From positions 81,278-145,277 of the forward strand of contig DISH01000007.1 in NCBI GenBank assembly GCA_002421665.1: DNA of 64,000 bases. The letters run 5' to 3'. Positions 46,358-55,857 of the stretch are shown here, one piece after another. Each line of letters begins with the position of its first letter. Positions within the stretch are counted from its first letter, which is position 1. The DNA is from Candidatus Omnitrophica bacterium UBA6215. Its GTDB lineage: Bacteria; Omnitrophota; Gorgyraeia; Pluralincolimonadales; Pluralincolimonadaceae. The notes below the pieces were generated by a model. That model was not told the DNA's origin, made no database searches, and saw only the letters and a program-made list of their open reading frames with translations. A program made the translations under genes and the position numbers.

Positions 46358-47674
46358 CTATATGTCCATCTCTCCTTCTACTTCTATGGGACGCAACCTT
46401 GTGACGCTGAAGAAGAGGTCTATGCTCCTGACTTTTTCAACGCGCCGGACCTCTTTTATTCGGGGAAGGAATAACATAGAAAAGATCGCGCGCAATATGC
46501 CCGATAACGCGAACAAGGTAAGCAGATTATAACCCAATACCGGAGGAAGGGCCCTGGCGAGAAAGCCGCCCAATAGCGCCCCGGCGCAGATGGCGGAACC
46601 GTTTATAACGTTCAGGTAAGAAACGCAGCGGGTCCTCTTTTCGGGCATAACGGCGTCATATACGAAGTTAAAGACCGACAGGTTGTAGCCTGCCCAGATA
46701 AAGCCCGCGAAGATCTGTATTATAACCAGGTACGCAAAGGTGTGCCCGAAGAGCCACAGGACAGGTATAACGGGGATAAAGAACGACGTGAGACGGATTA
46801 TCTTCATGTTGCCGACAACATCGGCATGCCTTCCCCAGATACCCATGGTCAGGAGGGTGGCTATCGTTGGGCTTATGGCGACTGCCGTATATGCCGCGTA
46901 ATTCATGTTAAGGTCCCTGAGCATATATAACGCAAAGAAAGGCCCTGAGATGTTGACCGCGAAACTGATACTGGCCACATAAAAAACGAACTTGGCAAAG
47001 TTGGATTCCCGGAACCTCCTGACAAAATCCCAAAAAGTGAAGTAATGTTCTTTCGTAACTTTTATCGCAGGCTCGTACATCTTCTTCAGGAAATACCAGG
47101 ACGTGAACCTCGACAGGAACGCGAGGCCTATTATGACCATGAACCCGGACAACTTATCTTTTCCGAACACATTAAGGATAAAACCAGCGATGAAAGCACA
47201 GGATATCGTTATGGTGCCGAGCACCCTGTTCCTCCAGCCGAAGTATTTTCCCCTCCTGCGCGCGGGAATATGGTCCGACATAAGGCTTGTCCACGCCGGC
47301 CCGGGAAAAGCATTGAAAGATGCCGCAAGCGTCACGAATATTATAAGCCAAAATACCCTGTTGCCCGGGAAGATCGCCGGGATAAGCGCTATCGGAAGGA
47401 ACATCATCGCATGGAGGAAAACAAAGATGGTAATTATGCGTATGCGGCTCTTCATGTGCTCTGTAACGTCAGCCGACTTAAGCTGGATAAGGGAAGCGAC
47501 CAGGTTCGGGAAAGCGGTAAGCATGCCTATCTGCTCGCTCGAGGCCTTGAGCGCGACGGCAAAAGGGGTTATGTACTGTTCGGTAAACCCCATCATTGCC
47601 GAACAGAACGCGCCGTCTATGAAAGAGTTTTTAAGGCTCTGCCTTATCTTGCCTTCTTTTCTCATTGCAGGCAT
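46358..47674 (-). CDS. MFS transporter
   Basis: 12-TM profile. Start placed at MPAMRKEGK. The longer track ORF would overlap the divergent promoter and rlmI. Confidence 0.7.
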   Translation of the reverse strand: MPAMRKEGKIRQSLKNSFIDGAFCSAMMGFTEQYITPFAVALKASSEQIGMLTAFPNLVASLIQLKSADVTEHMKSRIRIITIFVFLHAMMFLPIALIPAIFPGNRVFWLIIFVTLAASFNAFPGPAWTSLMSDHIPARRRGKYFGWRNRVLGTITISCAFIAGFILNVFGKDKLSGFMVIIGLAFLSRFTSWYFLKKMYEPAIKVTKEHYFTFWDFVRRFRESNFAKFVFYVASISFAVNISGPFFALYMLRDLNMNYAAYTAVAISPTIATLLTMGIWGRHADVVGNMKIIRLTSFFIPVIPVLWLFGHTFAYLVIIQIFAGFIWAGYNLSVFNFVYDAVMPEKRTRCVSYLNVINGSAICAGALLGGFLARALPPVLGYNLLTLFALSGILRAIFSMLFLPRIKEVRRVEKVRSIDLFFSVTRLRPIEVEGEMDI

Positions 47675-47696
47675 ATTATAGCACAACCCTCTAAGA

Positions 47697-47725
47697 TTGA
47701 CACGCGGACCGCGGGCTGTTAAAAT
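47697..47725 (+). promoter_or_regulatory. Sigma70-type promoter TTGACA-N17-TAAAAT with palindromic spacer (CGCGGaCCGCG); ATG only 6 nt downstream, implying a leaderless transcript
   Basis: Hexamers and spacing read directly from the sequence. Confidence 0.4.
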
Positions 47726-47731
47726 CTTCAC

Positions 47732-48898
47732 ATGGACGAACCCGCGATCAAGCTCACCAAGAAAGGCACGGCATGGAACAGGACGGGTCATCCCTGGGTA
47801 TACAGGGACGACCTCGAAAAATATGACCCTTCCCTCTCAGGCAATATAGTGGCAGTCACCGATAACAACGGGAAATTCCTCGGTAAGGCCTTCTTCAACG
47901 AAAGATCCAAGATATCGCTGCGCATGATAACGGACGATGACATTGCCATCGACGCCTCATTCTGGCGTGAAAGGATATCAAGGTGCATAGAATCAAGGAG
48001 GAAGACGGTAAATGACTCGGATGCGTACCGCATCGCGCATGCCGAATCGGACGGATTGCCGTCATTGATAATAGACAAATATGCCGAACACCTGTCTATC
48101 CAGACTCTTTCGCTGGGCATGGACAGGATCAAACCGGTTATCGTGGAAGCGCTCATAGACCTGCTAAAGCCCGACTCCGTAACCGCCAGGAACGATTCTT
48201 CCACCAGGAAACTTGAAGGGCTCGCTGAGGTCAAAGAGACGCTATACGGGACAACTCCCGCCGCCTTTGATGTAAAGGAAGGCCGTATACGATATTTTGT
48301 GGACATATTGAACGGCCAGAAGACCGGCGCTTACCTGGACCAGCGGGAGAACCGTATAGCCGCGGAAAAATATTCGAGAGGATCGGTGCTGGACTGTTTC
48401 TGCTACCAGGGCCTATTCTCTCTCCATGCGGCGCTGTCCGCGGAAGATGTGACCGCCGTAGATTCATCCGGGCAGGCCCTGGAAAAATCAGGGCAGAACG
48501 CTATACTGAACGGCCTGTCAAACATAAAGACCATAGAAGGAAAGGTTCCCGAGGTCCTGAGAGATCTTCAAAAAGAAGGCAGGTTATTCGATTTCATAAT
48601 ATTAGACCCTCCGGCTTATGCGAAATCCAAGAGGGACCTCCAGGCCGCCGCCAGGGGATACATCGATATAAACTTCAGGGCGATGAAACTCCTGAAAAAA
48701 GGCGGGTACCTGATGACATCCTCATGCTCCCATAACCTCTCCGAAGGGCAATTCATGGATATCATGGACGAATCGCTCTGGGAATCCAGGCGAAAGGCGA
48801 AGCTCGTAGAAAAACGCATCCAGCCGGCGGACCACCCTATACTGCTGAATTTCCCCGAATCGAACTACCTTAAATGTTTTGTCCTTGAACTCTTGTAA
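47732..48898 (+). CDS. rlmI: Class I SAM-dependent rRNA methyltransferase (RlmI/RlmK-like, PUA + MTase)
   Basis: N-terminal RTGHPWVYRDD aligns with E. coli RlmI RRHPWVFSGA. SAM motif VLDCFCYQG. The only plus-strand gene. Its 3' end overlaps the convergent GH116 gene by 34 nt. Confidence 0.7.
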   Translation: MDEPAIKLTKKGTAWNRTGHPWVYRDDLEKYDPSLSGNIVAVTDNNGKFLGKAFFNERSKISLRMITDDDIAIDASFWRERISRCIESRRKTVNDSDAYRIAHAESDGLPSLIIDKYAEHLSIQTLSLGMDRIKPVIVEALIDLLKPDSVTARNDSSTRKLEGLAEVKETLYGTTPAAFDVKEGRIRYFVDILNGQKTGAYLDQRENRIAAEKYSRGSVLDCFCYQGLFSLHAALSAEDVTAVDSSGQALEKSGQNAILNGLSNIKTIEGKVPEVLRDLQKEGRLFDFIILDPPAYAKSKRDLQAAARGYIDINFRAMKLLKKGGYLMTSSCSHNLSEGQFMDIMDESLWESRRKAKLVEKRIQPADHPILLNFPESNYLKCFVLELL

Positions 48899-51087
48899 GG
48901 ATCGTATATCTCAAGAAGGAATTCCCATACGGCGCGGGCGCGCTGGTACTGCTCCGGACCGGTCGGCCTGGGGGTTTGGCCCCCGTCATGCCACGCCTCA
49001 GGGGTGTTGAACCAGTAGGCGCTCTTATCATATCCGTAAACCATATAATAGCATCCGTAGGCCGTCTTTAATGCCTCTTCCTTCAGGCCCATACGGTACA
49101 TGGTAGCGGCAAGAAAATAGGTAGAGCCCGGCCATATCTCCCTTGCCATATTTATATCTATATCAGAACCGTCGGCATTCTTGCTGTTCATCGCTCCGCA
49201 ATCACCCACGCCGTCGGCATTGAAATCGCTCAGCGGCACGACGCACATCTCGTATACCTTCCTGAGGTATTTTATCATCCGGGCACGGGGTAAAATGTCA
49301 TCAAGCCCCATCACCTCGCAGTATCTCTGTCCGTTAAGCCCGTCGGCCATTATCGCGTCCGAGTGCTTTCCGGCAGTATCTATCCTGTAATACTGTTTCT
49401 CCTCCGACCACAGCTGCTTATCGAGGTTCGCCCTGGCCTTTGCCAGGATACCTGAGATCTCCCCTAAAACAGGGTCTTCCTCCGCGCGGGCAAGCATCTC
49501 CATTGCCTCGAGTGCGCCGACCCAAAGCCCGCCGCACAGGAGGCTTGTCCCGTAAAGCCCCCACGCGTCATAGGTATTGTCCGGACCGTTATTGTTGGGA
49601 AGGCTGTCACCGTCCGTGTCCTGCGACTTCATGTATTCATACGTCATCTTAACAGCCGGCCAGCAGTAATCGAGAAACTCCCTGTCGCGGGAAGCATGGT
49701 AATATCTCGCGACCTGCTGTATGAACTTCGCGTGCAGGTCTTTCCAGTGCAGCTTGTTCGTCCCGTAGGCATCGAACCTGAAGAACGGGTCTTCCGTCGG
49801 CATTCCGAAATCATGCGGGGTCTGGTGCAGGCTGTCAAAATACATTATCCCGTCGGCAAAGCACCTTAATATGTCGCGCTCGATCTCGGGCCAGAATCTC
49901 AGGGTCAATACGGCGCAGTAGTGGCGGACATCGAAGGTCTCGCAAAAAGGATAGCCCATCGATTCCATCACAAAGAACTTATGGTCGTCCTCATGAAGGC
50001 CCATGTATTCCTTGTCATGGCCCGATTTCAGTCCCGACTCATAAAAAGTCCCGCCGAACTGGGTATAATATAATTCGTTGAACGCCGCGGTTTTGAGCCA
50101 CTCCGGGTACTTTTTACTTTTGATCACGGGTTCCATCCACGCGTCAACCTGCTTCTCCCATTTTGGATAATCGGAAAGGGAGACCCTTGCAATATTAAAC
50201 GACTGGGCCGAATCCCGCCCGAAGTATTCGGTATACTTCCTCCACCATTCGGTACCGGACTTACGGGGATCGCCGAATTTTACGACCGGGAAATCCCAGG
50301 CTATGACAACAGGCACTATCTTCGACTCACCAGGCTTAAGGGAGAAACTTACGTTCAACGCGGCTACGGAATGGGAATTATCCTTCTTCCAGTCCAGCTC
50401 ATGATCGATCTTCAATCCGGGAGATCTTGCGGAGGCAATGCACCATTCGGAATTCTGGGTCTCTGGAATATTGTCCGGATGGTCGGCCTTCATGACAACG
50501 GCGGTGATGCCGTCCTCCTGCCTGAGACGGTTCACAAATCCCTTCCTGGGCAGGGAACCGCCGAATGGGGGATGCTGCCAGGTAAGGATAACGGATGCTT
50601 CCGCCCTGCTGCCGGTAGGATTGGAGACCTTGAACTGCCATACGGCCGCAGGATAAGAGGTTTCCCTGTAATTATGCGCTATTACCGGAGAGAAGAATTT
50701 CTGCGAGACATCGAGCTCGAAGCAGTCGTATGCAACCCATCCTTTGGGCTGAAGGGCATGATACACTGCATCGCCCTTTTTGAGTTTCTCCCATTTTGAT
50801 TTCAGGTAAGGGCTGGTCGACAGGGTCTTTATCCTTTCGCAGCCGTCGCCGATCTTTTCGCGTATATGGAACGCTGCCTGGTCCAGCCACACTTGATCAT
50901 AAGAGCCGCATTTCAACGCCCACGGGCCGAAAGAACCGGATATCGAATACATGAACGAGCCCGCGCCAAATCCTCCCAGAGCGATCCCCCTGTCCGGGCT
51001 TGTGCTGGCGCAATCGGCGGGCACATCCCCGAGAGGCCTCTTCCAGGCGCAAACGGGTATCTCGAAATGGTCCCTTTTCCTGCCCAT
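48865..51087 (-). CDS. GH116-family beta-glucosidase (GBA2-type), cytoplasmic
   Basis: 740 aa, no signal peptide, GBA2_N-like N-domain and (alpha/alpha)6 catalytic domain. Family call from overall resemblance only. Confidence 0.5.
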   Translation of the reverse strand: MGRKRDHFEIPVCAWKRPLGDVPADCASTSPDRGIALGGFGAGSFMYSISGSFGPWALKCGSYDQVWLDQAAFHIREKIGDGCERIKTLSTSPYLKSKWEKLKKGDAVYHALQPKGWVAYDCFELDVSQKFFSPVIAHNYRETSYPAAVWQFKVSNPTGSRAEASVILTWQHPPFGGSLPRKGFVNRLRQEDGITAVVMKADHPDNIPETQNSEWCIASARSPGLKIDHELDWKKDNSHSVAALNVSFSLKPGESKIVPVVIAWDFPVVKFGDPRKSGTEWWRKYTEYFGRDSAQSFNIARVSLSDYPKWEKQVDAWMEPVIKSKKYPEWLKTAAFNELYYTQFGGTFYESGLKSGHDKEYMGLHEDDHKFFVMESMGYPFCETFDVRHYCAVLTLRFWPEIERDILRCFADGIMYFDSLHQTPHDFGMPTEDPFFRFDAYGTNKLHWKDLHAKFIQQVARYYHASRDREFLDYCWPAVKMTYEYMKSQDTDGDSLPNNNGPDNTYDAWGLYGTSLLCGGLWVGALEAMEMLARAEEDPVLGEISGILAKARANLDKQLWSEEKQYYRIDTAGKHSDAIMADGLNGQRYCEVMGLDDILPRARMIKYLRKVYEMCVVPLSDFNADGVGDCGAMNSKNADGSDIDINMAREIWPGSTYFLAATMYRMGLKEEALKTAYGCYYMVYGYDKSAYWFNTPEAWHDGGQTPRPTGPEQYQRARAVWEFLLEIYDPYKSSRTKHLR

Positions 51088-53358
51088 CTATTCTATGGCT
51101 TCTTCCTTTACCACCTTTATCTCGACGGGTCCCTTATATATACCCCCTACCCTGGCAGAATCGTAGACCCTTACCGCTATATAGTTATCCGACTTGAAGT
51201 TTATCGTATTGATGGGAAGCACATATTCCCTGGGCTTCTCCCAGACCGACTGGTGTTTCGGCGGGAACAGTCCGCTCTGGCCGATCAGGTTCTTATTGAA
51301 GAACGTCATGTCGCAATCATCTATGCCGCCGAATCTGAGCACTATCTTGGCGCCTTTTTCGCTCCAAATGTCCTTCTTGCCCTTCGGCAGTTTGAAGCTG
51401 TACCAATACCAGGCATAACCGTCGTAATTGTCAAAACCCTGCGTCTCCCACCCGGCAGGCACCGAGACCTGTTTCCATCCCCTGGTAGCCGAAGTCATCT
51501 TGGCCCACTTGAAATCATCACCCGTCCTGAAGTACCACTTGCCGGAAAGGTCGACCGTATCGAGCACCTTCTTGGGTTTTGTAAATCCGCATATCTTCAT
51601 GGCAGCCCTTATGTTCCCGTTCTTCATGAAGGTCTTCCAGATAAGGCCGGTCCTGTAATTCTCTATCATCTCGACGATCGGGCCCTGGTCTATACCTATG
51701 TACTTGTTGGAGACCCAGTCCCTGTCCCAGTTGAATGCGTCTACGAAACCGTACCTTCCCCAGATCCTGTCCTTGTGGTTCGAGTACATGTATTTCGCCG
51801 CGTTTATAGATAACTCGGGAGTGAATGTTATTGAAGATATCGCAGCGGTCGGGGCTATGGTACCGTCATTATCGCCGTTGGGTGCGCCGTAAGCCCTGTA
51901 ACCGTCGGGGCCGTCGCATGCGGTCAGACCCCAGCAGTCGGGCCCATAGGTCTTGCTGCGGTTCATGTTATCTATGCACCACTGCCTGTCAGCCAGCGTG
52001 GCCTGGACGGAATTCTTGAAGTAATCCATGTACGCGTCCTCTTTGTCCTTGAAATCCACATAGCAATGGGAGTACTGGTGGGTAAAAAGCGCGGGAGGGC
52101 CCGAGAACCTGTAATCCTTATAGGTATTCATGCCCCTGCTGAACGAACTCCATGAATCGGGAGACATCGGATGGGTAGTCGAGCCTATGCCCATGAAATA
52201 CAGGACAAGATGTTCCGAAGTGTAACCCGACCACCTATACGGCAGGAAACCCTTGTCAGGGAACCATCCCATACTCGGGGTAGTCCCGTTATCCATCATC
52301 CACGCCCAATCTACCCTGTCGTAGAGTTCCTTACAAATCTTCTCTATCTCGGTACCCTTGAAATACTCTCCGGTGAACACCACTCCGGCCATCAAAAGCG
52401 CGGTATCTATGGACGAAAGTTCGCAATCTCCCCAGCGCTGTCCCGTATTCATATCGAGGAAGTGATAATAGAAACCGTGGACGCATTCAGCCTTGTCCCT
52501 GAAGAATTTAAGTGTCGTGGTTATCCTCTCTTCTACTTTGTCCTTGGCCAGCCAACCGCGCTCTACCGCAACGCATAACGCAGGCAAACCGAAACCTACG
52601 GATGCAATGCTGGCCATCGGGGCATCATCTTCCATGAAAGCCGAACAGTTATCTTTTATAAGTCCGTTCTCGGGATTGGCCTCATCCCAGAAGAACATGC
52701 ACGCCGAATGCTCTATAAGGTCCAGGAATTGATCATCGGTCATCGTGGAGAGTTCTGGGGATTCCCACTTCAGCACAGGCTGCTTCTCCACCCCGCTCCT
52801 CTCGCCGCCGAAGGCGAGGCTGTCGATATACACGGTCCCTTTCGAGGGCTGTCCGTAATCATTGCGGAACGTTATGGAAAAATTATCCATATTGAACCAG
52901 TTCTTTACGGACGTGAAATCGGACAACGGTATGGTCACTTCCTGCCATTCGGTAGTCACTCCGGAGGGCAAGTAATTCTTTATGTCGAACTTATCCTCGA
53001 AATACGAACTGTCCTTAAGACCTACGGTAAATATCTCCCCGCCGTTTCCGCCCTTGACCCAAAAACTCACATCACCCAGCTTGCTGAGGTCCCTGCCGAT
53101 AAGACCGAACCAGAAACCCGCTTCCTGCCCCTGCCCGTTAACGTCATATTCCACTTGCACTGCCTGGACGCCTTCGACACGAGCGCCCTGGGAAATATAT
53201 GCATGTTTTGCCGTGCCGCCGTTATTGCTCCAGGTCCCCTGCATGGCCCTCGGCAAAAGAAGATTATTCCCGGCCGCCTCCTGGGCAAGGCCCTGGTTCA
53301 TCAGGGATGCCGATATCAAAGAAAACACCAGACCCCACGCCCATTTCCTAATCACCAT
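51088..53358 (-). CDS. Secreted glucoamylase-like (PF10091/GH144-like) putative endo-beta-1,2-glucanase, with N-terminal CBM-like and C-terminal galactose-binding-like domains
   Basis: Signal peptide. The central domain shares conserved blocks with the middle domain of 23057-26617. The C-terminus resembles sugar-binding beta-sandwich domains. Confidence 0.55.
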   Translation of the reverse strand: MVIRKWAWGLVFSLISASLMNQGLAQEAAGNNLLLPRAMQGTWSNNGGTAKHAYISQGARVEGVQAVQVEYDVNGQGQEAGFWFGLIGRDLSKLGDVSFWVKGGNGGEIFTVGLKDSSYFEDKFDIKNYLPSGVTTEWQEVTIPLSDFTSVKNWFNMDNFSITFRNDYGQPSKGTVYIDSLAFGGERSGVEKQPVLKWESPELSTMTDDQFLDLIEHSACMFFWDEANPENGLIKDNCSAFMEDDAPMASIASVGFGLPALCVAVERGWLAKDKVEERITTTLKFFRDKAECVHGFYYHFLDMNTGQRWGDCELSSIDTALLMAGVVFTGEYFKGTEIEKICKELYDRVDWAWMMDNGTTPSMGWFPDKGFLPYRWSGYTSEHLVLYFMGIGSTTHPMSPDSWSSFSRGMNTYKDYRFSGPPALFTHQYSHCYVDFKDKEDAYMDYFKNSVQATLADRQWCIDNMNRSKTYGPDCWGLTACDGPDGYRAYGAPNGDNDGTIAPTAAISSITFTPELSINAAKYMYSNHKDRIWGRYGFVDAFNWDRDWVSNKYIGIDQGPIVEMIENYRTGLIWKTFMKNGNIRAAMKICGFTKPKKVLDTVDLSGKWYFRTGDDFKWAKMTSATRGWKQVSVPAGWETQGFDNYDGYAWYWYSFKLPKGKKDIWSEKGAKIVLRFGGIDDCDMTFFNKNLIGQSGLFPPKHQSVWEKPREYVLPINTINFKSDNYIAVRVYDSARVGGIYKGPVEIKVVKEEAIE

Positions 53359-53367
53359 GTGCTCCTC

Positions 53368-54279
53368 CTATTTTCTCCCCCACATGTATGACAGTGTAAA
53401 CAGCAGCCCGAAAGAAAAATGCACGATAACGGTCAACGCATTGGCAGGCAGCAGCTCTTTTATCTTCCCGTAATTAGACCTGGCCGTAACGGCTGCCGTA
53501 ACGGCCATAGGCAGGGTCAGCAGGATTATAAGAGAAGCTGCGGGAAATACCCCCGCAGCTGCGCCGGCTACCAGAACGGCATAGGCCGACATTATAAGCC
53601 ATGCGTATATGTTCGAAGCCCTGTACTTCCCTATCGAGACAACCGTATTCCTCTTGCCGGTCGCTTTGTCCGCTTCATAATCCGGGAATTCGTTTATAAA
53701 GAGCACCAATGCTATAAGTATCCCTACCGGCAGGGAAGCAAAAAAAGGCTCCCACGACAATTTACCTGTCTGGACATAATATGAACCGAGTACCATCAGC
53801 GGGCCGAAACCTATTCCCGTAGCTGCCTCGCCCATTTTAGTATACCCTATCTTCAGCGGTGATGCGGTATAAAAAAAAGCAAGGAATATCCCTATGCCTC
53901 CGAACAGGAAAAGCAGGTAACCTTTCGTGGCATATACCAGGTATAATCCTATGGCTGCCGTAAGAAAAAAACAGGTGATACCTGCCGTAAGCACTTGCGC
54001 GGGCTTAAGGACCCCGTTAGGAAGCAATCTGCTCCCGCCGCTGAAAGGCGTAGGGGTTTTGTTAATTACGTCATCCCCGCTCAAAAAATCATAATAGTCG
54101 TTGGTGAGGTTCAGGCCGGCCTGTGAAAGCACGGCACCTGCCATGGTCAGGTAGAAATTCGCCCAACTCACGGAGCCCGTGCGGTCCCACGCTATGGCTG
54201 TGCCAAGCGCAACCGGTATAACTGCCGCCGTAAAGAACTGGGGACGCGGCGCCGCTAACCATACAAGCATCTTCTTCAT
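53368..54279 (-). CDS. menA: UbiA-family prenyltransferase, MenA-like (1,4-dihydroxy-2-naphthoate polyprenyltransferase)
   Basis: NDYYDFLSGDD Asp-rich motif, with 8-9 TM helices. Confidence 0.65.
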   Translation of the reverse strand: MKKMLVWLAAPRPQFFTAAVIPVALGTAIAWDRTGSVSWANFYLTMAGAVLSQAGLNLTNDYYDFLSGDDVINKTPTPFSGGSRLLPNGVLKPAQVLTAGITCFFLTAAIGLYLVYATKGYLLFLFGGIGIFLAFFYTASPLKIGYTKMGEAATGIGFGPLMVLGSYYVQTGKLSWEPFFASLPVGILIALVLFINEFPDYEADKATGKRNTVVSIGKYRASNIYAWLIMSAYAVLVAGAAAGVFPAASLIILLTLPMAVTAAVTARSNYGKIKELLPANALTVIVHFSFGLLFTLSYMWGRK

Positions 54280-54284
54280 GTCTT

Positions 54285-54986
54285 TTAACGCCTTGCCGTT
54301 GAATAAATTCCGGCCGCGCCGAAAGCAAGCGGCTCATACCTGCATTCCGAAAACCCGGCGCCGGCCAATTTCGCTTTTACCTCATCCGGGCCGTAAAAAT
54401 CCAGTATCGACCGCGCTAAATAGCGGAACGGGGATATCTTTCCGTACAACGTGAGACCTATGGCAGGAATGACGGCCCTGAGATATACCCTGTAAAGGAA
54501 CTTCGCCAGCGGATTGACCGGCCTTGTAAGGTCCAGCGCGATCAGGGTCCCGCCGTCCCTGAGGACCCTGTAGCATTCGGAAAAGACCCCGTCAAGTTCA
54601 TCTGACAGGTTCCGTAAAGCAAACCCGCATACAATAATATCAAATGTCGCATCGGGATACGGCATTTTACCGGCTTCCCCGCAAGTCCAGTTTATGGCCC
54701 GGCCCGCGCCCTGAATCAGCGCCTTCCTTTTGCCTTCTTCCAGCATCTCAGGGCAAAAATCCAGCGCTTCTATCCTGCAACCTTTATGCTTCCTGGCTAC
54801 CTCCAGGCAAAGGTCGCCTGTGCCCGCGCAAAGATCGAGTACCCGCGAGCCGTCCCTGACCATGCCGGATACTTTTCCCCTCCAGCCGCGGTCCATCCCG
54901 AGGCTCGCCAACATGTTGAAAAGGTCATACCTGCGCGCGAGGAAACTGAACATACCGCATATGTCGGCCTGGGAACCCGTCGGCAT
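54285..54986 (-). CDS. ubiE: Demethylmenaquinone/ubiquinone C-methyltransferase (UbiE/MenG)
   Basis: FSFLARRYDLFNMLASLGMDRGWR aligns with the UbiE N-terminus, plus SAM motif VLDLCAGTGD. Start chosen to abut the upstream gene's stop. Confidence 0.7.
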   Translation of the reverse strand: MPTGSQADICGMFSFLARRYDLFNMLASLGMDRGWRGKVSGMVRDGSRVLDLCAGTGDLCLEVARKHKGCRIEALDFCPEMLEEGKRKALIQGAGRAINWTCGEAGKMPYPDATFDIIVCGFALRNLSDELDGVFSECYRVLRDGGTLIALDLTRPVNPLAKFLYRVYLRAVIPAIGLTLYGKISPFRYLARSILDFYGPDEVKAKLAGAGFSECRYEPLAFGAAGIYSTARR

Positions 54987-54987
54987 A

Positions 54988-55491
54988 TCAGATTTTTGCC
55001 TCGTATAACGCAAAGATGAACAACAGGTCGGAAAGCCTGTTCAAGTAAGCCAGCATACAGGGGGATATCTTCGTCTTACCGCTTAATCCCACTGTTGCGC
55101 ATTCGGCGCGCCGGGCTATGGCCCTTGAAACATGCAACAGCGCCGAACTTTCGTTCTCCCCCGGGATCACGAAACCCGAGGGCGTCCCCGACTTCTTTTC
55201 TATCTCATCGCCGAACTGCTCAAGCATCCTGATATCGTTTTCCGTTATCACAGGCGATTTGCAGCGGCTTCCCGCCGATATCGAGCCGCTTATCTTCATC
55301 AGGTCCTTCTGGATAAGGCCTATCTTCGCCTTTATCGCGGCGTCGGAGGCCTTTATCTTAGCCAAACCCAGGAAAGATACCAGCTCATCAAGGGAACCCT
55401 GAGTTATTATCCTGGGGTCGCACTTGCTGACCTGCCTGCCGCCGCAGAGCCTGGTCGCGCCCTTATCGCCTTTTTTCGTGGTTATCTTCAC
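54988..55491 (-). CDS. ATP:cob(I)alamin adenosyltransferase, PduO-type
   Basis: MKITTKKGDKGATRL N-terminus typical of PduO/MMAB. Confidence 0.7.
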   Translation of the reverse strand: MKITTKKGDKGATRLCGGRQVSKCDPRIITQGSLDELVSFLGLAKIKASDAAIKAKIGLIQKDLMKISGSISAGSRCKSPVITENDIRMLEQFGDEIEKKSGTPSGFVIPGENESSALLHVSRAIARRAECATVGLSGKTKISPCMLAYLNRLSDLLFIFALYEAKI

Positions 55492-55835
55492 TATTTGATC
55501 CGGTATTTAGCTATTACGTTAGTCCTTATGCCTCCGCGCGCGCTGAATTCGCCGGTCACTATACACCACTTCGGTTTACATGCGTCGATGACATCCTTGA
55601 GTATCTTATTGACCACATTTTCATAGAATATACCCATATTGCGGTAGCCTATTATGTAATATTTGAGGGATTTCAGCTCGATGCACGACTTGTCCGGCAT
55701 ATACCTTATCTTTATCGTACCGAAATCCGGAAGGCCCGTCTTGGGGCATACAGAGGTATATTCGGGTATCTCGATATCGACTTCATAACCTTTATGTTTG
55801 TTGGGGAACACTTCTATCTTGAAGTTGTCTTTCAT
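55491..55835 (-). CDS. queF: NADPH-dependent 7-cyano-7-deazaguanine reductase (YkvM-type QueF)
   Basis: EYTSVCPKTGLPDFGTI matches the QueF catalytic Cys motif. Confidence 0.75.
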   Translation of the reverse strand: MKDNFKIEVFPNKHKGYEVDIEIPEYTSVCPKTGLPDFGTIKIRYMPDKSCIELKSLKYYIIGYRNMGIFYENVVNKILKDVIDACKPKWCIVTGEFSARGGIRTNVIAKYRIK

Positions 55836-55857
55836 CGGTACCTCCTAAGGTTTGCCG

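Noticed and set aside
47675-47791. Upstream 39-codon extension of the MFS transporter ORF
   Set aside because: It would run through the divergent -35/-10 promoter and overlap rlmI. The MFS-like hydrophobic N-terminus begins at MPAMRKEGK.
50866-53473. Long plus-strand ORFs 50866-51813 (315 aa), 52708-53391 (227 aa) and 52982-53473
   Set aside because: Antisense to the GH116 and GH144-like genes. Pro/Arg/Leu-rich low-complexity translations are typical of the reverse frames of GC-rich genes.
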